NCBI GenBank assembly: GCA_965649825.1
Contig: OZ287695.1
Span: 1,663,288-1,727,287, forward strand
Origin: Penicillus capitatus
Taxonomy: Eukaryota > Plantae > Chlorophyta
Direction of reading: 5' to 3'
Length of the DNA stretch: 64,000 nucleotides
Of this stretch, positions 61,372 to 64,000 are shown piece after piece. The notes below the pieces were generated by a model. It did no database searches and was not told where the DNA came from. It saw only the letters and a list, made by a program, of their open reading frames with translations. A program made the translations under genes and the position numbers. Each line of letters starts with the position of its first letter. Positions within the stretch are counted from its first letter, which is position 1.

Positions 61372-62475
61372 ATGATGACATTCGACAGGATGCGGCTAGG
61401 AGAAATGATGACGTCGACGGTCGAAGCATTTGCGATGGGCATCGCTGTCGGAGCCCTAACCAGTTACGCGCTGTACAAAACGGCTACGTTGACACGAAAG
61501 CCGTCGCTCTTTGCGAGATGGCGGAAGGGAAAGGAGGATGGAGCGAAGGACGAAGAGCTCGAAAGCGAAATTGCTTTTCACTTTGCTGATCCAAAACTCT
61601 ATGTGCCATTTCCTCGTGGCCCTTCGGTGCGAGCATGAGACGATGGTGGTTGTCGGTTAGACATGATCGTGCTCCAGGCAGCAAGTTTTGCTCCACGTTG
61701 TGCCGTGCTGTGTGAGAAGTACACGGGGATTCTGCAAGATTTTACAGGGGAGCTGGGCGAGCCGAAATGTCTGGATGTGGGATGCTCCATCGGTGCCACG
61801 ACCATGGAACTGTCCAAAAGGCAACAACAGCATTTCTTCCACACAGCTATGCCAACATGAAAGGGATTGATTTTAGCTTCGCTCACGTTCTCGGCGTGGA
61901 TATCTCAAAAAAATGCATTGCTTTGGCCGAGAAGCTCAAGCAACAACGCTCGGCTGAGTATTCCTCCGTCATTGAGGGCGACATGCGAGTGAGATAGCTC
62001 TATCTCCACGTGTGATGCGAGATATCTGCTGCAGGAGATGCAGACCGTCACACTAGACCCGCTCTATGAGTTAGACAATGTGCGTTACATGGTGGGCGAT
62101 CCATGTGCGCTAACAGAAGATTTGTTGGCCATGGATTGCGTGTTAGCAGCACTGTCGATGGATGCAATGTCAGATCCGAAGAAATTTCTTCGATCTCTCC
62201 CACGGCTTGTCAAAAGAAACGGAACAGTGGTTATCGTCACACTGTACAACTGGAATCGTGATGCAAAGGAGATCAGCAGCAACAAAGAGAAGGAAGGAAA
62301 GCATGTCCGATGCGAAGAGCTCCTGAAGAGTATGATGAAAGATATGGAATTTTCGCTCATTCACGAAGAGAACATCCCAATTCTCAAAAGAGAGAACGAA
62401 CGCATGTATCGATGGCATGTCCCGCACGCCACAGTTTGGAGATTTCAGACGGAGAAATCTGGCAGTCCTGCTTGA
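61372..62475 (+). CDS. SAM-dependent methyltransferase resembling the OvoA C-terminal domain, with an N-terminal hydrophobic anchor
   Basis: FHF, FAPRCA, LDVGCSIG, VLGVDIS, EGD, VGDPCAL, LYNW, IPILKRENER, VW. Start is ATG 61372 or 61405. Confidence 0.75.
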
Positions 62476-62639
62476 CGTTTCTTCCCCTTGCCTATGCGCT
62501 CCATCCCGAATGTAGATGGAAAAAGAGTGACTTGTGTGGTTCCGGTCTTTGTGTAGAGATATGTCCTTGCAGCAGAAGAGAGAATGGCATTTAACCCTTT
62601 AGCGAAATCCAAGTCCGATTCAGATAACATCATCAGTTT

Positions 62640-64000
<1,361 letters not shown>

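Overview
Eukaryotic nuclear DNA from a green alga (chlorophyte) with an extremely compact genome, read in the standard genetic code. About 35 protein-coding genes lie nearly back to back, split by short (mostly ~45-60 nt) GT-AG introns. Green-lineage evidence: PAM68, plastid FtsZ2, plant-type IGPS and PYD1, a DYRKP kinase, and N-terminal transit peptides; the exact taxon cannot be determined. Most genes are housekeeping (Argonaute, NADH-GOGAT, APC6, NPL4, PIG-Q, PDX2, PDH E1-alpha, LysRS). No tRNA, rRNA, CRISPR array or transposase was found. Best leads: (1) same-strand genes separated by only 12-81 nt and divergent start codons only 35-45 nt apart, suggesting polycistronic or overlapping transcription units; (2) a small metallothionein-like protein with a C-terminal membrane anchor; (3) a vitamin K-dependent carboxylase homolog retaining its catalytic residues; (4) a stand-alone, membrane-anchored OvoA-type methyltransferase; (5) a GC-rich strip at ~51.6-52.7 kb with apparently decayed genes (UVSSA zinc finger, DUF218, ankyrin). 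All gene models and family assignments were made by eye from motifs and are not database-verified.
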